A stretch of DNA of 64,000 nt, from NCBI GenBank assembly GCA_028705995.1, contig JAQWCH010000003.1, positions 13,385-77,384 of the forward strand. Direction: 5' to 3'. Under the pieces are notes generated by a model that was given only the letters and a program-made list of their open reading frames with translations, ran no database searches and was not told where the DNA came from. Made by a program: the position numbers and the translations under genes. The stretch is from Bacilli bacterium. Lineage in GTDB: Bacteria > Bacillota_I > Bacilli_A > RFN20 > CAG-826. Positions 28,683 to 44,167 of this stretch are shown here, in pieces; the first letter of the stretch is position 1; each line of letters starts with the position of its first letter.

Positions 28683-28748
28683 TGAATACGCGTTAATTTG
28701 CCATTATAATATACTTACTATGTGCAATAGAAAGAGAAGGTTGATGTT

Positions 28749-30143
28749 ATGGCGTCAGGACAAGTAATACGTTACCTTTACGAAGTTATTCGTTTTGGTG
28801 ATGAAGAAACAAAAAAACAATTACCAGAAGAAGTCGAATTACAGGGCTGGGTAAAAACCAATCGTAATTCAGGCGCGATTGGCTTTATTGAATTAAACGA
28901 TGGAACGTTTTTTCGTAACGCTCAGATTGTTTACTATCGTGAAAATAATTCAGCTTTTGACGATTGGACACATATTGCGCTTGGTGCGGCGATTAGCGTA
29001 ATTGGTAAACTCGTTTTAACTCCGGACGGTAAGCAACCATTTGAAATTCAAGCGACAATGGTTAATATTGTCGGCGAGGTCGATTCCGACTATCCATTGC
29101 AGAAAAAACGGCATAGTTTTGAGTTTCTTCGCGATTATGCGCATTTACGTCCACGGACTAATACCTTTAATGCTGTATTTCGTTTGCGCCACGTTTTATC
29201 GATGGCAATTCATTCATTCTTTGATTTAAATGGATTTGTATATGTTCATACACCAATTTTGACTGGTAACGATGCTGAAGGAGCCGGGCAATCTTTTAAA
29301 GTGGTCACCGGCAAAAAAAATAGCGAAACCGACTTTTTCGGTCGCAGTGCTGCGTTGACCGTTTCTGGTCAATTACATGTTGAAGCTTTTGCATTGGCAT
29401 TTCGTGATGTCTATACCTTTGGTCCGACCTTCCGGGCGGAAGAAAGCAATACGCCACGACATGCATCAGAATTTTGGATGATCGAACCAGAAATCGCCTT
29501 TGCAGATTTAAGTGATAACATGGATTTAATTGAAGAATGTCTAAAATACTGTATTGATTATGTTTTAGAACATGCATCAGAAGAAATGGGCTTTTTCAAT
29601 GAATTTATTGATAAAAACCTAATTGGTCGTCTCGAAAGTCTTTTAGCGAGTTCGTTCAAACGCATTTCATATACAGAAGCTGTTGATTTACTGCTACAAG
29701 CAAAAGAAAAAGGACATAAATTTGAGGATCCTAATATTTTCTGGGGTATGGATTTACAAGGCGAACACGAGCGTTTCTTAACCGATGAAATTATCAAAGG
29801 CCCGGTATTTGTAACTGATTATCCCGCAGAGATCAAATCATTTTATATGCGCCTTAATGATGATGGTAAAACCGTTGCGGCATGTGATTTATTAGTGCCG
29901 GCAATTGGCGAACTAGTGGGTGGTTCGCAACGTGAAGAACGTTATGATTTACTCAAGAAAAAAATGGATGACCTCGGAAATTCCGCTGGTCTTGAATGGT
30001 ATCTTGATTTGCGTAAATACGGGGGAGTACCACATGCTGGGTTTGGCATTGGTTTTGATCGTTTGATGATGTATTTAACGGGTATGAGTAATATTCGCGA
30101 TGTGCAACCATATGCCCGCAACTATGGTAATATGAAATATTAG
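28749..30143 (+). CDS. asnS: asparaginyl-tRNA synthetase
   Basis: Class II motifs FRAEESNTPRHASEFWMIEPE and GFGIGFDRLMMY. Confidence 0.95.
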   Translation: MASGQVIRYLYEVIRFGDEETKKQLPEEVELQGWVKTNRNSGAIGFIELNDGTFFRNAQIVYYRENNSAFDDWTHIALGAAISVIGKLVLTPDGKQPFEIQATMVNIVGEVDSDYPLQKKRHSFEFLRDYAHLRPRTNTFNAVFRLRHVLSMAIHSFFDLNGFVYVHTPILTGNDAEGAGQSFKVVTGKKNSETDFFGRSAALTVSGQLHVEAFALAFRDVYTFGPTFRAEESNTPRHASEFWMIEPEIAFADLSDNMDLIEECLKYCIDYVLEHASEEMGFFNEFIDKNLIGRLESLLASSFKRISYTEAVDLLLQAKEKGHKFEDPNIFWGMDLQGEHERFLTDEIIKGPVFVTDYPAEIKSFYMRLNDDGKTVAACDLLVPAIGELVGGSQREERYDLLKKKMDDLGNSAGLEWYLDLRKYGGVPHAGFGIGFDRLMMYLTGMSNIRDVQPYARNYGNMKY

Positions 30144-30151
30144 GAGATATT

Positions 30152-30316
30152 ATGGCAATAATTGAAGCAAATCAAAATTCGAACACCACTTCACCAGAAG
30201 AATTGCAAAGAAAAGCACGTGCGCAAAAACGCATGTCCTTAATTTTGATTTCAATTGATATTTTGCTGTTTGCCGTTGTGATTTATCAAATTATTGATTT
30301 GATGAAAAACATTTAA
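30152..30316 (+). CDS. 54-aa tail-anchored small membrane protein (absent from the ORF track)
   Basis: My translation is MAIIEANQNSNTTSPEELQRKARAQKRMSLILISIDILLFAVVIYQIIDLMKNI. AGGAG at 30142-30146 overlaps the asnS stop. There is one C-terminal TM segment. Confidence 0.5.
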   Translation: MAIIEANQNSNTTSPEELQRKARAQKRMSLILISIDILLFAVVIYQIIDLMKNI

Positions 30317-30320
30317 TTTT

Positions 30321-31022
30321 TTATTTATTAGTTTGTTCGTTATTTAAAGCAACACCAACCGCCGGCTGTTCAACGCCGGCTTTTTGTGTGGAAACATCCG
30401 CTAAACGTTTATTAGTTAAATCATTGCTAAAGAGTAAGCGATTAAGTTGGAAGATTCGATAAATGCGTGCGACATAGGCTTGTGTCGAAAGGAACAACCA
30501 AACTAAACCAACTAAATAAATTGGTCCAATAAAATAGCTGACAATCGCAGAAGCTTCAAAATGCGGTTGATTAATTACTGGCGGCCAATCACTTGGTAGT
30601 GATAATCCGAAAAATGAACTTCGGGGCATCGATGGCCAATCCCAAACGTAAAGAATGGTGATAAATCCTTCGTTCTCGTAGTCAAAAATGTCAATAATAT
30701 GACCATAGAATGTTGATGCTAATAAATGGATTATCAAGCCAACAAGCACGAGCAAAAATGGAATAATATATCCCTTGAAAAGAAGCATGCGGTTTTTCCG
30801 GCGGGCCTCACGGCGAAATTCTTTTGGTGAACGAAGAACAGCGGTATTAACCATATTTGCCATTACGGCATCAATTTTCCGACCTTGATTAGTTACAATA
30901 CGTTTAACTAATTCAAAAATATAGCCAGCAATAAGAAACAAAAGAATAACAACTAAAAATATTGCAATTAGTAATCGTTTGTCATTATCGGTTAGTTGAA
31001 CTAAATTAATCAAAATTTTCAT
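30321..31022 (-). CDS. membrane protein, unknown function
   Basis: ORF with about 4 TM segments. The start is moved to MKILINL (31022), which is preceded by GAGG 9 nt upstream, and overlaps the upstream gene by 17 nt. Confidence 0.55.
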   Translation of the reverse strand: MKILINLVQLTDNDKRLLIAIFLVVILLFLIAGYIFELVKRIVTNQGRKIDAVMANMVNTAVLRSPKEFRREARRKNRMLLFKGYIIPFLLVLVGLIIHLLASTFYGHIIDIFDYENEGFITILYVWDWPSMPRSSFFGLSLPSDWPPVINQPHFEASAIVSYFIGPIYLVGLVWLFLSTQAYVARIYRIFQLNRLLFSNDLTNKRLADVSTQKAGVEQPAVGVALNNEQTNK

Positions 31023-31455
31023 TTGATGAAACCTCACTAACCTCGGTATTTGCAATTGATAACTCTGGTGCAGAGTTTACTTTTTGATAATGGGGATTGG
31101 CGACAGGAGAGAAAATTGGTTGTCCACTAGCATCAGTACCTGTTTGAATAATGATGATTTGCGGCGCCATTTGCGGAGCAGCTTGAACAATTGTGTTAAC
31201 GTTCTCGGACTTAGTGTCATTATTCATTGCACGTTCACGCAAGATTTCACCAGCTTTTTCTTCGCGTTCAGACATTGGGAAAAGGTTGTCGCCACGGAAA
31301 AAGCGCACAAGAACAACAAAAAGGTAACCAATAAAAACGAAGACACCAACAATAAAACCTAAGACAAGTAGAACAAGGAAAAATGGTAACGTTATGATAC
31401 CAAGAAACCCCTGACCTATTTTTTTAAAAAATTCTTTCATGTTGTTGGCGACCAA
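31006..31455 (-). CDS. membrane protein with an N-terminal TM hairpin and a low-complexity C-terminal tail, unknown function
   Basis: 149-aa ORF in an operon with its neighbours. The start is ambiguous (TTG at 31455 or ATG at 31440). Confidence 0.5.
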   Translation of the reverse strand: MVANNMKEFFKKIGQGFLGIITLPFFLVLLVLGFIVGVFVFIGYLFVVLVRFFRGDNLFPMSEREEKAGEILRERAMNNDTKSENVNTIVQAAPQMAPQIIIIQTGTDASGQPIFSPVANPHYQKVNSAPELSIANTEVSEVSSNENFD

Positions 31456-31460
31456 TTCCT

Positions 31461-32357
31461 TTAGTTAATTTTACTTGATTGATGACATGACCGCAAATAA
31501 TAGTCAATAATAATTACAATATCGATTATCGCAAATGGAAATCCGGTTAGTAGAACAATATACGCTTGTGGGATAAGCGAATTAAATAGGGCAATTAGTG
31601 GCACGATTAAAGGTATTAAGATTAATGTTAAATAAACATATAAACGTCGCTTTTTAATGATTTTGTGTATCACTAAGGCGATGGAAATATACATTGCAAT
31701 TGCAAAAGATAAATAAGCAATTTCTTCTAAAAACAGTGGCAAAAACCCACTTAAAACAAATAAAGCTAGCGATATATAACTATAGTTATCATTAATTTCT
31801 TCATTAACCACAATTTTTAATTTTGGTAGTTGCTCAATTATGATAAATAAACTTAACACGGTTTGAACTAGGCTTAATATGAATATCGCGCTCGGAATAA
31901 TTAGTGGCATACTCGGATTACTTTCTTGGCCTAAGACCTTGATTAAAATAAATATAAAATCTTGATCAAGTACGAGTTCAACTAATACTAGTCCGACATA
32001 GGTGAGAATCAATTGCACACAGGCGCCGATCAGTATTGTCATACTTAAACTCATTTTCTTTTTAATGAGATAGCCGAATAATGTGCCGGTAATAATTGCC
32101 GGAATTATGTAAAACAATGTGTTGCCGAGATTACTCAATGTTGATAATGTCACGACAATCAAAGAAGAGGCAAGATAAATTAATAAATATTTATTTTGAC
32201 AATAAATCGCTACCAAAGTACTGACAAGAGGTAAAACAAGCATAAATGGCAAACTAAAAACCGGCTCTAACATCGAGATGATGCTTGCAATCACATTGAT
32301 TGCCGCCATCAGGGCCATAAATGTCAAATTTTGAACGAGGGTTTTCTTCGCTTGCAT
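31461..32357 (-). CDS. polytopic membrane protein, unknown function
   Basis: 298 aa with about 8 TM segments. First gene of a three-gene minus-strand membrane operon. Confidence 0.55.
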   Translation of the reverse strand: MQAKKTLVQNLTFMALMAAINVIASIISMLEPVFSLPFMLVLPLVSTLVAIYCQNKYLLIYLASSLIVVTLSTLSNLGNTLFYIIPAIITGTLFGYLIKKKMSLSMTILIGACVQLILTYVGLVLVELVLDQDFIFILIKVLGQESNPSMPLIIPSAIFILSLVQTVLSLFIIIEQLPKLKIVVNEEINDNYSYISLALFVLSGFLPLFLEEIAYLSFAIAMYISIALVIHKIIKKRRLYVYLTLILIPLIVPLIALFNSLIPQAYIVLLTGFPFAIIDIVIIIDYYLRSCHQSSKIN

Positions 32358-32426
32358 GCTTTTACTTTATCATAATTATTAATAATTTGAGTGACGTTTT
32401 TGATTATTGAATCCTATGTATTATAT

Positions 32427-32870
32427 ATGAAAAAAGCAATAATCCTGTTAGTTATTTTACTTGTTGGCTGTACTCAAGACAAAGCGATTTCACAAGTGAA
32501 GATAATGTATGACTACAATATTTGGTTTACTAGTAAAATAGCTTGGAAAGACATTCTGACTCAGCCAGAGCCAAATTATCTCGTTTATGTATATTCACCG
32601 AATTGTGGATATTGTGATCAAGTTAAACAAGTAGCGTTAGAATATTATCAAACCACAATGTCTAAAATGTATGTTGTTTTTAATGATGAAACAATTACAT
32701 ATACACGCACCGAGAATATCGAAAAAATGGTTGGGATTGAAGACATTGAACAACTTGCCATCATTGGTGTCCCGACATTGATTTTTATTACCAGTGCCAA
32801 AGTTGAAAAAGTGCTCTCTGGCGCAAAAAATATCACTGAATTTTTTATTGGAAATAACGATGATGTTTAA
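32427..32870 (+). CDS. thioredoxin-fold lipoprotein (extracytoplasmic thiol-disulfide oxidoreductase-like)
   Basis: Lipobox LLVGC, the CxxC motif SPNCGYC and a cis-Pro region IGVPTLIF. The start is moved from the GTG at 32391 to MKKAIILL. Confidence 0.7.
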   Translation: MKKAIILLVILLVGCTQDKAISQVKIMYDYNIWFTSKIAWKDILTQPEPNYLVYVYSPNCGYCDQVKQVALEYYQTTMSKMYVVFNDETITYTRTENIEKMVGIEDIEQLAIIGVPTLIFITSAKVEKVLSGAKNITEFFIGNNDDV

Positions 32871-32944
32871 TGGGTTTTTAATTGAGAGGGAAGGGGTGTT
32901 ATGGTAAAATAAATTAGATATAATCTTGAGGTAAAAAGCGCGAT

Positions 32945-37178
<4,234 letters not shown>

Positions 37179-37209
37179 TAATCTATAGAAAGAAAATATT
37201 GGTGATTGT

Positions 37210-37506
37210 ATGAAACAAGTTGATATAAATGTCTTAAAAGACGCAACCACTCGTTTGATGTTTACAATGAGTGAGGAACAATATATAAAATTGGAAAAAG
37301 AATTTTCAATTATCATCGCGCAAATGAACCTTATTAAGGACATCGCTGGTGTTGATGAAGCTGAACCGATGATTTTTCCTTTTGATATAAGTGTAGACAC
37401 ACTGCGGGAAGATGAAATTGAAGACCCGCTTGCACTTGAAGAAGTGCTTAAAAACGCTCCTGAAGTTGATGGCAACGAATTCAAACTGCCAAAGGTGGTC
37501 GGCTAA
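37210..37506 (+). CDS. gatC: Asp/Glu-tRNA amidotransferase subunit C
   Basis: 98 aa, in the position ahead of gatA and gatB. Confidence 0.85.
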   Translation: MKQVDINVLKDATTRLMFTMSEEQYIKLEKEFSIIIAQMNLIKDIAGVDEAEPMIFPFDISVDTLREDEIEDPLALEEVLKNAPEVDGNEFKLPKVVG

Positions 37507-38967
37507 ATGCATATCTTAGATTTAACAATTAGCGAAATTCATCGCGCTTTAGTAAATAAAGAGATAACTCCTCGGGAACTTGTTGATGAGGCCTTTCGTC
37601 GTTTAGAGAGTGATGCAAATAATTTGTTTGAAACGAGCATGAAAGAACAAACATACAAAAGGCTTGCGACACTTGGCGAACCAGAAAAAGATAACGTTTT
37701 CTGGGGAATTCCATTTATGATTAAAGATAACTTTTCGACCAAGGGTGTATTGACAACGGCGTCGAGCGATATTTTAAATGGTTACATTCCTGTTTTTGAT
37801 GCGACAGTTGTTAAAAAACTCTATCAAGCAAAAGCCCTTCCAATCGCAAAAGCAACAATGGATGAACTCGCAATGGGTGGGAGTGGTGTAACGGGACATA
37901 AAGGTCCAACTTTTAATCCATATGATATAAAGCACGAGCACATAATCGGCGGGAGTAGTAGTGGTTCAGCCGCGGCTGTAGCTGCCGGAATTGTTCCATT
38001 CGCTCTTGGATCTGATACTGGTGACTCAGTGCGTAAACCCGCTTCACATGGCGGTCTTGTTGGCTTTAAGGCAACATGGGGAAGAATATCTCGTTATGGT
38101 TTATTTCCGTTTGTTCCTTCGCTTGACCATGTTGGATATTTTACCCGTTCAGTTGAAGATGCTGCCCATGCGCTTAACTTGTTATCTGGCTATGATAAAA
38201 TGGATACAACTTCAAGTATAAAACCAGTCGAAAATTATGTTAAAAAAATTCATGATGGCATCGAAAATGCGCGGATTGCCGTGCTGAATCAGGTTTATTC
38301 TTCAATCACTGATGCCGCTGTTCGTCACGCTTTTGACCATTTGGTTGAAAACGTAAAAGCAAAGGGAATAATCGTTGATTTTGTTGATATCGATGAAGCT
38401 TTAATGCGTGCGATTTATCCGACATATATTGTCCTTTCTTGTGCAGAAGCAACATCAAACAATGCCAATCTTGATGGTATTCGCTTTGGCCAAAGAAAAG
38501 ACGGGGAAACTTATCAAGATATTATGACGAATTCACGGACAGCGGGTTTTAGTCCGCTCATTAAACGGCGTTTCTTAATTGGTAGTTTCGCCTTGATGCG
38601 TGAAAATCAATTTGAACTATATCAACGCGCACAAAAAGCGCGGCGATTAATTGTTGATGCGGTCAATAAAATTTTCGACAATTACGACGCAATTTTGCTT
38701 CCTGCCGCTCCTTCGGTTGCACCAAAATTCAACGCTGATAGCGATGCTTTATCCGACGAGTATCTTATTGCTGATAACCATCTAGCGATTGGTAATTTTG
38801 GCGGTTTCCCATCATTGACACTCCCGCTAGGTTTTAAAGATAATTTACCATTTGGTGTTAATGTAACCGGTCGCCCGTATGCCGACGCTGATGTTTTGGC
38901 TATCGCTTATCAATTAGAAAATATTATTGGTTATCGTAATCTCTCGACGCGGAGGATGAAACAATGA
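37507..38967 (+). CDS. gatA: Asp/Glu-tRNA amidotransferase subunit A
   Basis: Amidase signature GGSSSGSAAAVAAG...GSDTGDSVRKPA. Confidence 0.95.
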   Translation: MHILDLTISEIHRALVNKEITPRELVDEAFRRLESDANNLFETSMKEQTYKRLATLGEPEKDNVFWGIPFMIKDNFSTKGVLTTASSDILNGYIPVFDATVVKKLYQAKALPIAKATMDELAMGGSGVTGHKGPTFNPYDIKHEHIIGGSSSGSAAAVAAGIVPFALGSDTGDSVRKPASHGGLVGFKATWGRISRYGLFPFVPSLDHVGYFTRSVEDAAHALNLLSGYDKMDTTSSIKPVENYVKKIHDGIENARIAVLNQVYSSITDAAVRHAFDHLVENVKAKGIIVDFVDIDEALMRAIYPTYIVLSCAEATSNNANLDGIRFGQRKDGETYQDIMTNSRTAGFSPLIKRRFLIGSFALMRENQFELYQRAQKARRLIVDAVNKIFDNYDAILLPAAPSVAPKFNADSDALSDEYLIADNHLAIGNFGGFPSLTLPLGFKDNLPFGVNVTGRPYADADVLAIAYQLENIIGYRNLSTRRMKQ

Positions 38968-40394
38968 ACTTTCAAGCAGTAATTGGATTAGAAATTCACG
39001 TTGAAATTAAAACGAAAACAAAAATGTTTTCTACCGCTCCAATCAATTTTTCAATGCCGCCAAATACATTAGTTGCTCCACTTGACTTAGCGTTTCCAGG
39101 CACACTTCCTCGTGTAAATAAATCCGCAGTGGAAAAGGCAATTCAATTATCTGATGCTTTACATATGGACATTGACCATGAACTGCATTTTGATCGGAAA
39201 AATTATTTTTACAGTGATCTTCCTAAGGGCTACCAAATCACACAAAACTATCGGCCAATTGGGCGGGAAGGTTATCTTGATTTAGTGCTAGCTGATGGAA
39301 GGATTAAACGTGTGCATATTGAGCGCCTTCACCTTGAAGAAGATACGGCCATGCAGCACCATTACGCCAATAAAACACTACTCGACTTTAATCGCGCGGG
39401 TATTCCGCTTGTTGAAATTGTCACCCATCCTGATTTATCGACCGGCGAAGAAGCAATGAAATATGTTGAGAAAATTCGCGAAATCGTCACTTATGCTGAT
39501 GTCAGTGATGGCAAAATGGAAGAAGGATCACTTAGATGCGACGTGAATATTTCTTTACGCCCGTTTGGTAGCGAAAAACTCGGGACTAAAGTAGAAATAA
39601 AGAATCTTAATTCGATTGCCAATGTTCAAAAAGCAATTGAATATGAAACTATTCGCCAGCAAAAAATGCTTTTAAAAGGCGAAGCAATTATTCAAGAAAC
39701 GCGGCGGTTTGATGAAACAAAAAAAGCAACGGTTCGCATGCGTGTAAAAACGGACGCCGTTGATTACAAATATTTTCCCGAAGCAAATATTCCACCAATT
39801 AAACTTTCAGAGCAATTCGTTAATAATGCAATTGCTAAGCGTCCAGAACTTGCTGAACAAAAACGCGAACGTTACACTAAAAAATATAATTTAAGAGATT
39901 ACGATGCAGATATTTTGTTAATTAATCGGCAAAACGCCGCTTATTTTGATGATGCCGCCCAATATACGCAAGCCTACCAAACACTGGCCAATTGGGTGAA
40001 TGGTGAAGTGTCGGCCTATCTTAATAAACGGCAAATAGAAATTTCTCAATTGACAATAGCAGCTCATCAACTTGCAGAACTCATTAATTTAATTGAAGTG
40101 GGCAAACTTTCAAATAAACAAGGAAGGCAAGTTTTTGAATTAATGCTGGATAGTGACGAGCACCCAGAGGCAATCGCTAAAAAACATAATCTCTTACAAC
40201 TATCTGACCCGAACATAATTTTGCCAATTGTGATTGCGACTTTAAGTGAGAATCCACAATCAGTTGAGGACTATAAAGCCGGAAAAGATCGTGCGCTTGG
40301 ATTTATTGTTGGTCAAGTTATGAAAAAAATGCGCGGGCAGGCTAATCCTTCGCTTGTGAACCAAATTGTGACTGAAGAAATTAATAAATTATAA
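38964..40394 (+). CDS. gatB: Asp/Glu-tRNA amidotransferase subunit B
   Basis: IGLEIHVE, DRKNYFYSDLPKGYQITQ, HLEEDTA, RCDVNIS. Confidence 0.95.
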   Translation: MNFQAVIGLEIHVEIKTKTKMFSTAPINFSMPPNTLVAPLDLAFPGTLPRVNKSAVEKAIQLSDALHMDIDHELHFDRKNYFYSDLPKGYQITQNYRPIGREGYLDLVLADGRIKRVHIERLHLEEDTAMQHHYANKTLLDFNRAGIPLVEIVTHPDLSTGEEAMKYVEKIREIVTYADVSDGKMEEGSLRCDVNISLRPFGSEKLGTKVEIKNLNSIANVQKAIEYETIRQQKMLLKGEAIIQETRRFDETKKATVRMRVKTDAVDYKYFPEANIPPIKLSEQFVNNAIAKRPELAEQKRERYTKKYNLRDYDADILLINRQNAAYFDDAAQYTQAYQTLANWVNGEVSAYLNKRQIEISQLTIAAHQLAELINLIEVGKLSNKQGRQVFELMLDSDEHPEAIAKKHNLLQLSDPNIILPIVIATLSENPQSVEDYKAGKDRALGFIVGQVMKKMRGQANPSLVNQIVTEEINKL

Positions 40395-40423
40395 TTTTAT
40401 ACTTGAAACTTCCGATTGCTAGT

Positions 40424-40452
40424 TTGAAAATACATTGTCAACAGAATATATA
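40424..40452 (+). promoter_or_regulatory. sigma-A-type promoter for the que operon
   Basis: TTGAAA (40424-40429), a 17-nt spacer, then TATATA (40447-40452). The predicted start lies just before the riboswitch stem. Confidence 0.5.
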
Positions 40453-40458
40453 TATTAA

Positions 40459-40496
40459 AGATGTTACTTGCCGAACCATCTAAAAAAAACAAGGAG
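40459..40496 (+). promoter_or_regulatory. candidate preQ1-I riboswitch (translational, sequesters the SD)
   Basis: The sequence is AGATG-TTACTTGCCGAAC-CATCT-AAAAAAAACAAGGAG. It has a 5-bp P1 stem, a 13-nt loop resembling the B. subtilis UUCUAGCUACAC loop, and an A-rich tail. Loop CTTG can pair with tail CAAG, which overlaps the SD. It lies directly upstream of queT. Confidence 0.6.
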
Positions 40497-40502
40497 TAGT
40501 CT

Positions 40503-42154
<1,652 letters not shown>

Positions 42155-42155
42155 T

Positions 42156-43190
42156 ATGGATATTAATTTATTTGATTATAAATTGCCGGAAGAGCTTATC
42201 GCGCAATACCCCGAAGAAAAGCGTGACCATTCCCGATTATTAGTTGTTCATAGCACCAGTCAAACTTATCGTGATCGCCATTTTTACGATATTCTCGAAT
42301 ATTTAAAAACCGGTGATATATTAGTGCGTAATAATACTAAAGTAATTCCCGCACGTTTAATTGGGACAAAACTTTCAACAAATGCCCACTTCGAGGCACT
42401 GTTATTACGCCAGGTTCAGGGTGATGTTTGGGAATGTTTATGTGGCAATGCAAAGGTGCTTAAATTGGGTGCTGAAGTTATTTTCGGTGATGGAACATTA
42501 CTTAAGGGTCGCGTTGTTGCCGTCCACGATGAAGGGATCCGCCATTTAGAGTTTTATTATGATGGCATTTTTCTTGAGACGCTGGAGCGTCTTGGCACAA
42601 TTCCTTTGCCGCCATATATTAAGGATAGCGCAGATAAATATGCTGCTTATCAAACGGTATATGCTAAAAATCCCGGTAGTGCAGCAGCACCAACAGCGGG
42701 CTTTCACTTTACTAATGAATTGATTGAAAAAATAGAAGAAAAAGGCATCAAAATTGTTGATATTACTTTAAATATTGGTCTTGGAACTTTTCGTCCAGTC
42801 AAAGTGCAAGATACCGATGAACATAATATGCACTTCGAATATTATTCGATGAATGCAAACGCAGCAGAGATACTTAACCAAGCCAAAGAAGCTGGCCAAA
42901 GAATTATAGCGATTGGCACAACTTCGACACGCACCTTGGAATCAGTTATGCAGAAGCATCATAAATTTGTCGCTTGTTCGGGCGCGACCAATCTTTTTAT
43001 CACACCCGGTTATAAGTTTTTAGCAATTGATGCTTTGATAACTAATTTTCATTTACCAAAATCGACATTAATTATGCTCGTCAGCGCTTTCGCTGAACGC
43101 GAATTTATTTTAAAATGTTATCAGCACGCTGTAAAAGAGAAATATCGATTTTTCTCATTTGGTGATGCGATGTTCATTGATAAATTATGA
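42156..43190 (+). CDS. queA: S-adenosylmethionine:tRNA ribosyltransferase-isomerase
   Basis: FDYKLPEELIAQYP, PLPPYI, AAPTAGFHFT. The start is moved to 42156, directly after the tgt stop. Confidence 0.93.
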   Translation: MDINLFDYKLPEELIAQYPEEKRDHSRLLVVHSTSQTYRDRHFYDILEYLKTGDILVRNNTKVIPARLIGTKLSTNAHFEALLLRQVQGDVWECLCGNAKVLKLGAEVIFGDGTLLKGRVVAVHDEGIRHLEFYYDGIFLETLERLGTIPLPPYIKDSADKYAAYQTVYAKNPGSAAAPTAGFHFTNELIEKIEEKGIKIVDITLNIGLGTFRPVKVQDTDEHNMHFEYYSMNANAAEILNQAKEAGQRIIAIGTTSTRTLESVMQKHHKFVACSGATNLFITPGYKFLAIDALITNFHLPKSTLIMLVSAFAEREFILKCYQHAVKEKYRFFSFGDAMFIDKL

Positions 43191-43846
43191 TTAAAATTGA
43201 TTACCAGACATTAGCTGAAGAAAGCGTTAAAAATATTGCACTTAGCGGTCATAAACCGACAATTTTAATGCATGTTTGTTGTGGACCATGCACAACTTCG
43301 CCAATTCTCTTTTTGAGTAAATATTTTAAAGTCACACTGATTTTCAATAATTCAAATATTTATCCAAAAGCAGAACATGATCGACGTCTACTCGAATTAG
43401 AGAGATTTCTTAATCAAGCAGAATCATTAATTGGTGAAAAAATCGATGTTTTAAAAGTCCCTTACGATAATGAAGAATATACAAAAAAATATCTATCTTC
43501 ATACAAGAACGAACCCGAAGGTGGCGCTCGCTGCCGGCAATGTTTTCGGGCACGGATGGATCAAGCATATGCGCTTGCATCAGCTCAAAACTTCGATTAT
43601 TTTGTAACGGTAATGACAATTTCACGGCAAAAAAACAGCCAAATTCTTAATAAAATAGGCGAAGAACTGAGCAAAAAATATCCTAATACAAAATATTTTT
43701 TCAGCGACTTTAAGAAGCATGGTGGTCAAGAAAAACGTAACGAAATGGTCAAAGAGTTTAATCTATATGCCCAAGATTATTGCGGCTGTATTTATTCGCT
43801 TACGGCCCGTGACGAACGTCAAAAAAAGCAAAAAGCCAGCAACTAA
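43187..43846 (+). CDS. queH: epoxyqueuosine reductase QueH (DUF208)
   Basis: HVCCGPC and YCGC cysteine motifs. ATGA overlap with queA. Confidence 0.8.
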   Translation: MIKIDYQTLAEESVKNIALSGHKPTILMHVCCGPCTTSPILFLSKYFKVTLIFNNSNIYPKAEHDRRLLELERFLNQAESLIGEKIDVLKVPYDNEEYTKKYLSSYKNEPEGGARCRQCFRARMDQAYALASAQNFDYFVTVMTISRQKNSQILNKIGEELSKKYPNTKYFFSDFKKHGGQEKRNEMVKEFNLYAQDYCGCIYSLTARDERQKKQKASN

Positions 43847-44002
43847 ATTACTTGATTTTGCACGCTAATTTGACAAACATTTACCAATTTTTGATTTTTA
43901 TGCTTATTAAAATAGCCAATATTTTTTCGAGATTATTTTATGGTTTTTTCCACGTATCTTTTAAGTATTATAAATAAATAGCGAAATATTAATATTTTTT
44001 GC

Positions 44003-44031
44003 TTGACGATAAGTAGCCCTTAGGGTATAGT
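44003..44031 (+). promoter_or_regulatory. strong sigma-A promoter of the S10 operon
   Basis: TTGACG (44003-44008), a 17-nt spacer, then TATAGT (44026-44031), preceded by a very AT-rich UP-like tract. Confidence 0.7.
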
Positions 44032-44037
44032 TTTAAC

Positions 44038-44160
44038 GTTATCGCTGAGCGATGATTTGCGAGGTTGCTGACACACCCACAGGCGTTGTCATGAATGGGC
44101 AATCAGGTAATTCGCAAGGAACTCAACGAAACAATAGCCTGTCAAAAATAATGAGGAGGA
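44038..44160 (+). promoter_or_regulatory. structured 5-prime leader of the S10 operon (candidate r-protein autoregulatory RNA)
   Basis: Hairpin atcgc-tga-gcgat (44041-44053). Nested helices: ttgcga (44057-62) with tcgcaa (44112-17), ggttgc (44063-68) with gcaatc (44099-104), and tgaca (44069-73) with tgtca (44087-91). Confidence 0.45.
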
Positions 44161-44167
44161 AACATTC

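Noticed and set aside
28683-28748. A possible T-box leader upstream of asnS, and likewise at 60547-60700 upstream of cysS
   Set aside because: The asnS spacer is only about 65 nt. Neither region contains the T-box sequence (AAnnnGGGTGGTACCGCG-like) or the AGAGA and GNUGGA elements. The 7-bp inverted repeat at about 60558-60586 is AT-only and not followed by a T-run.
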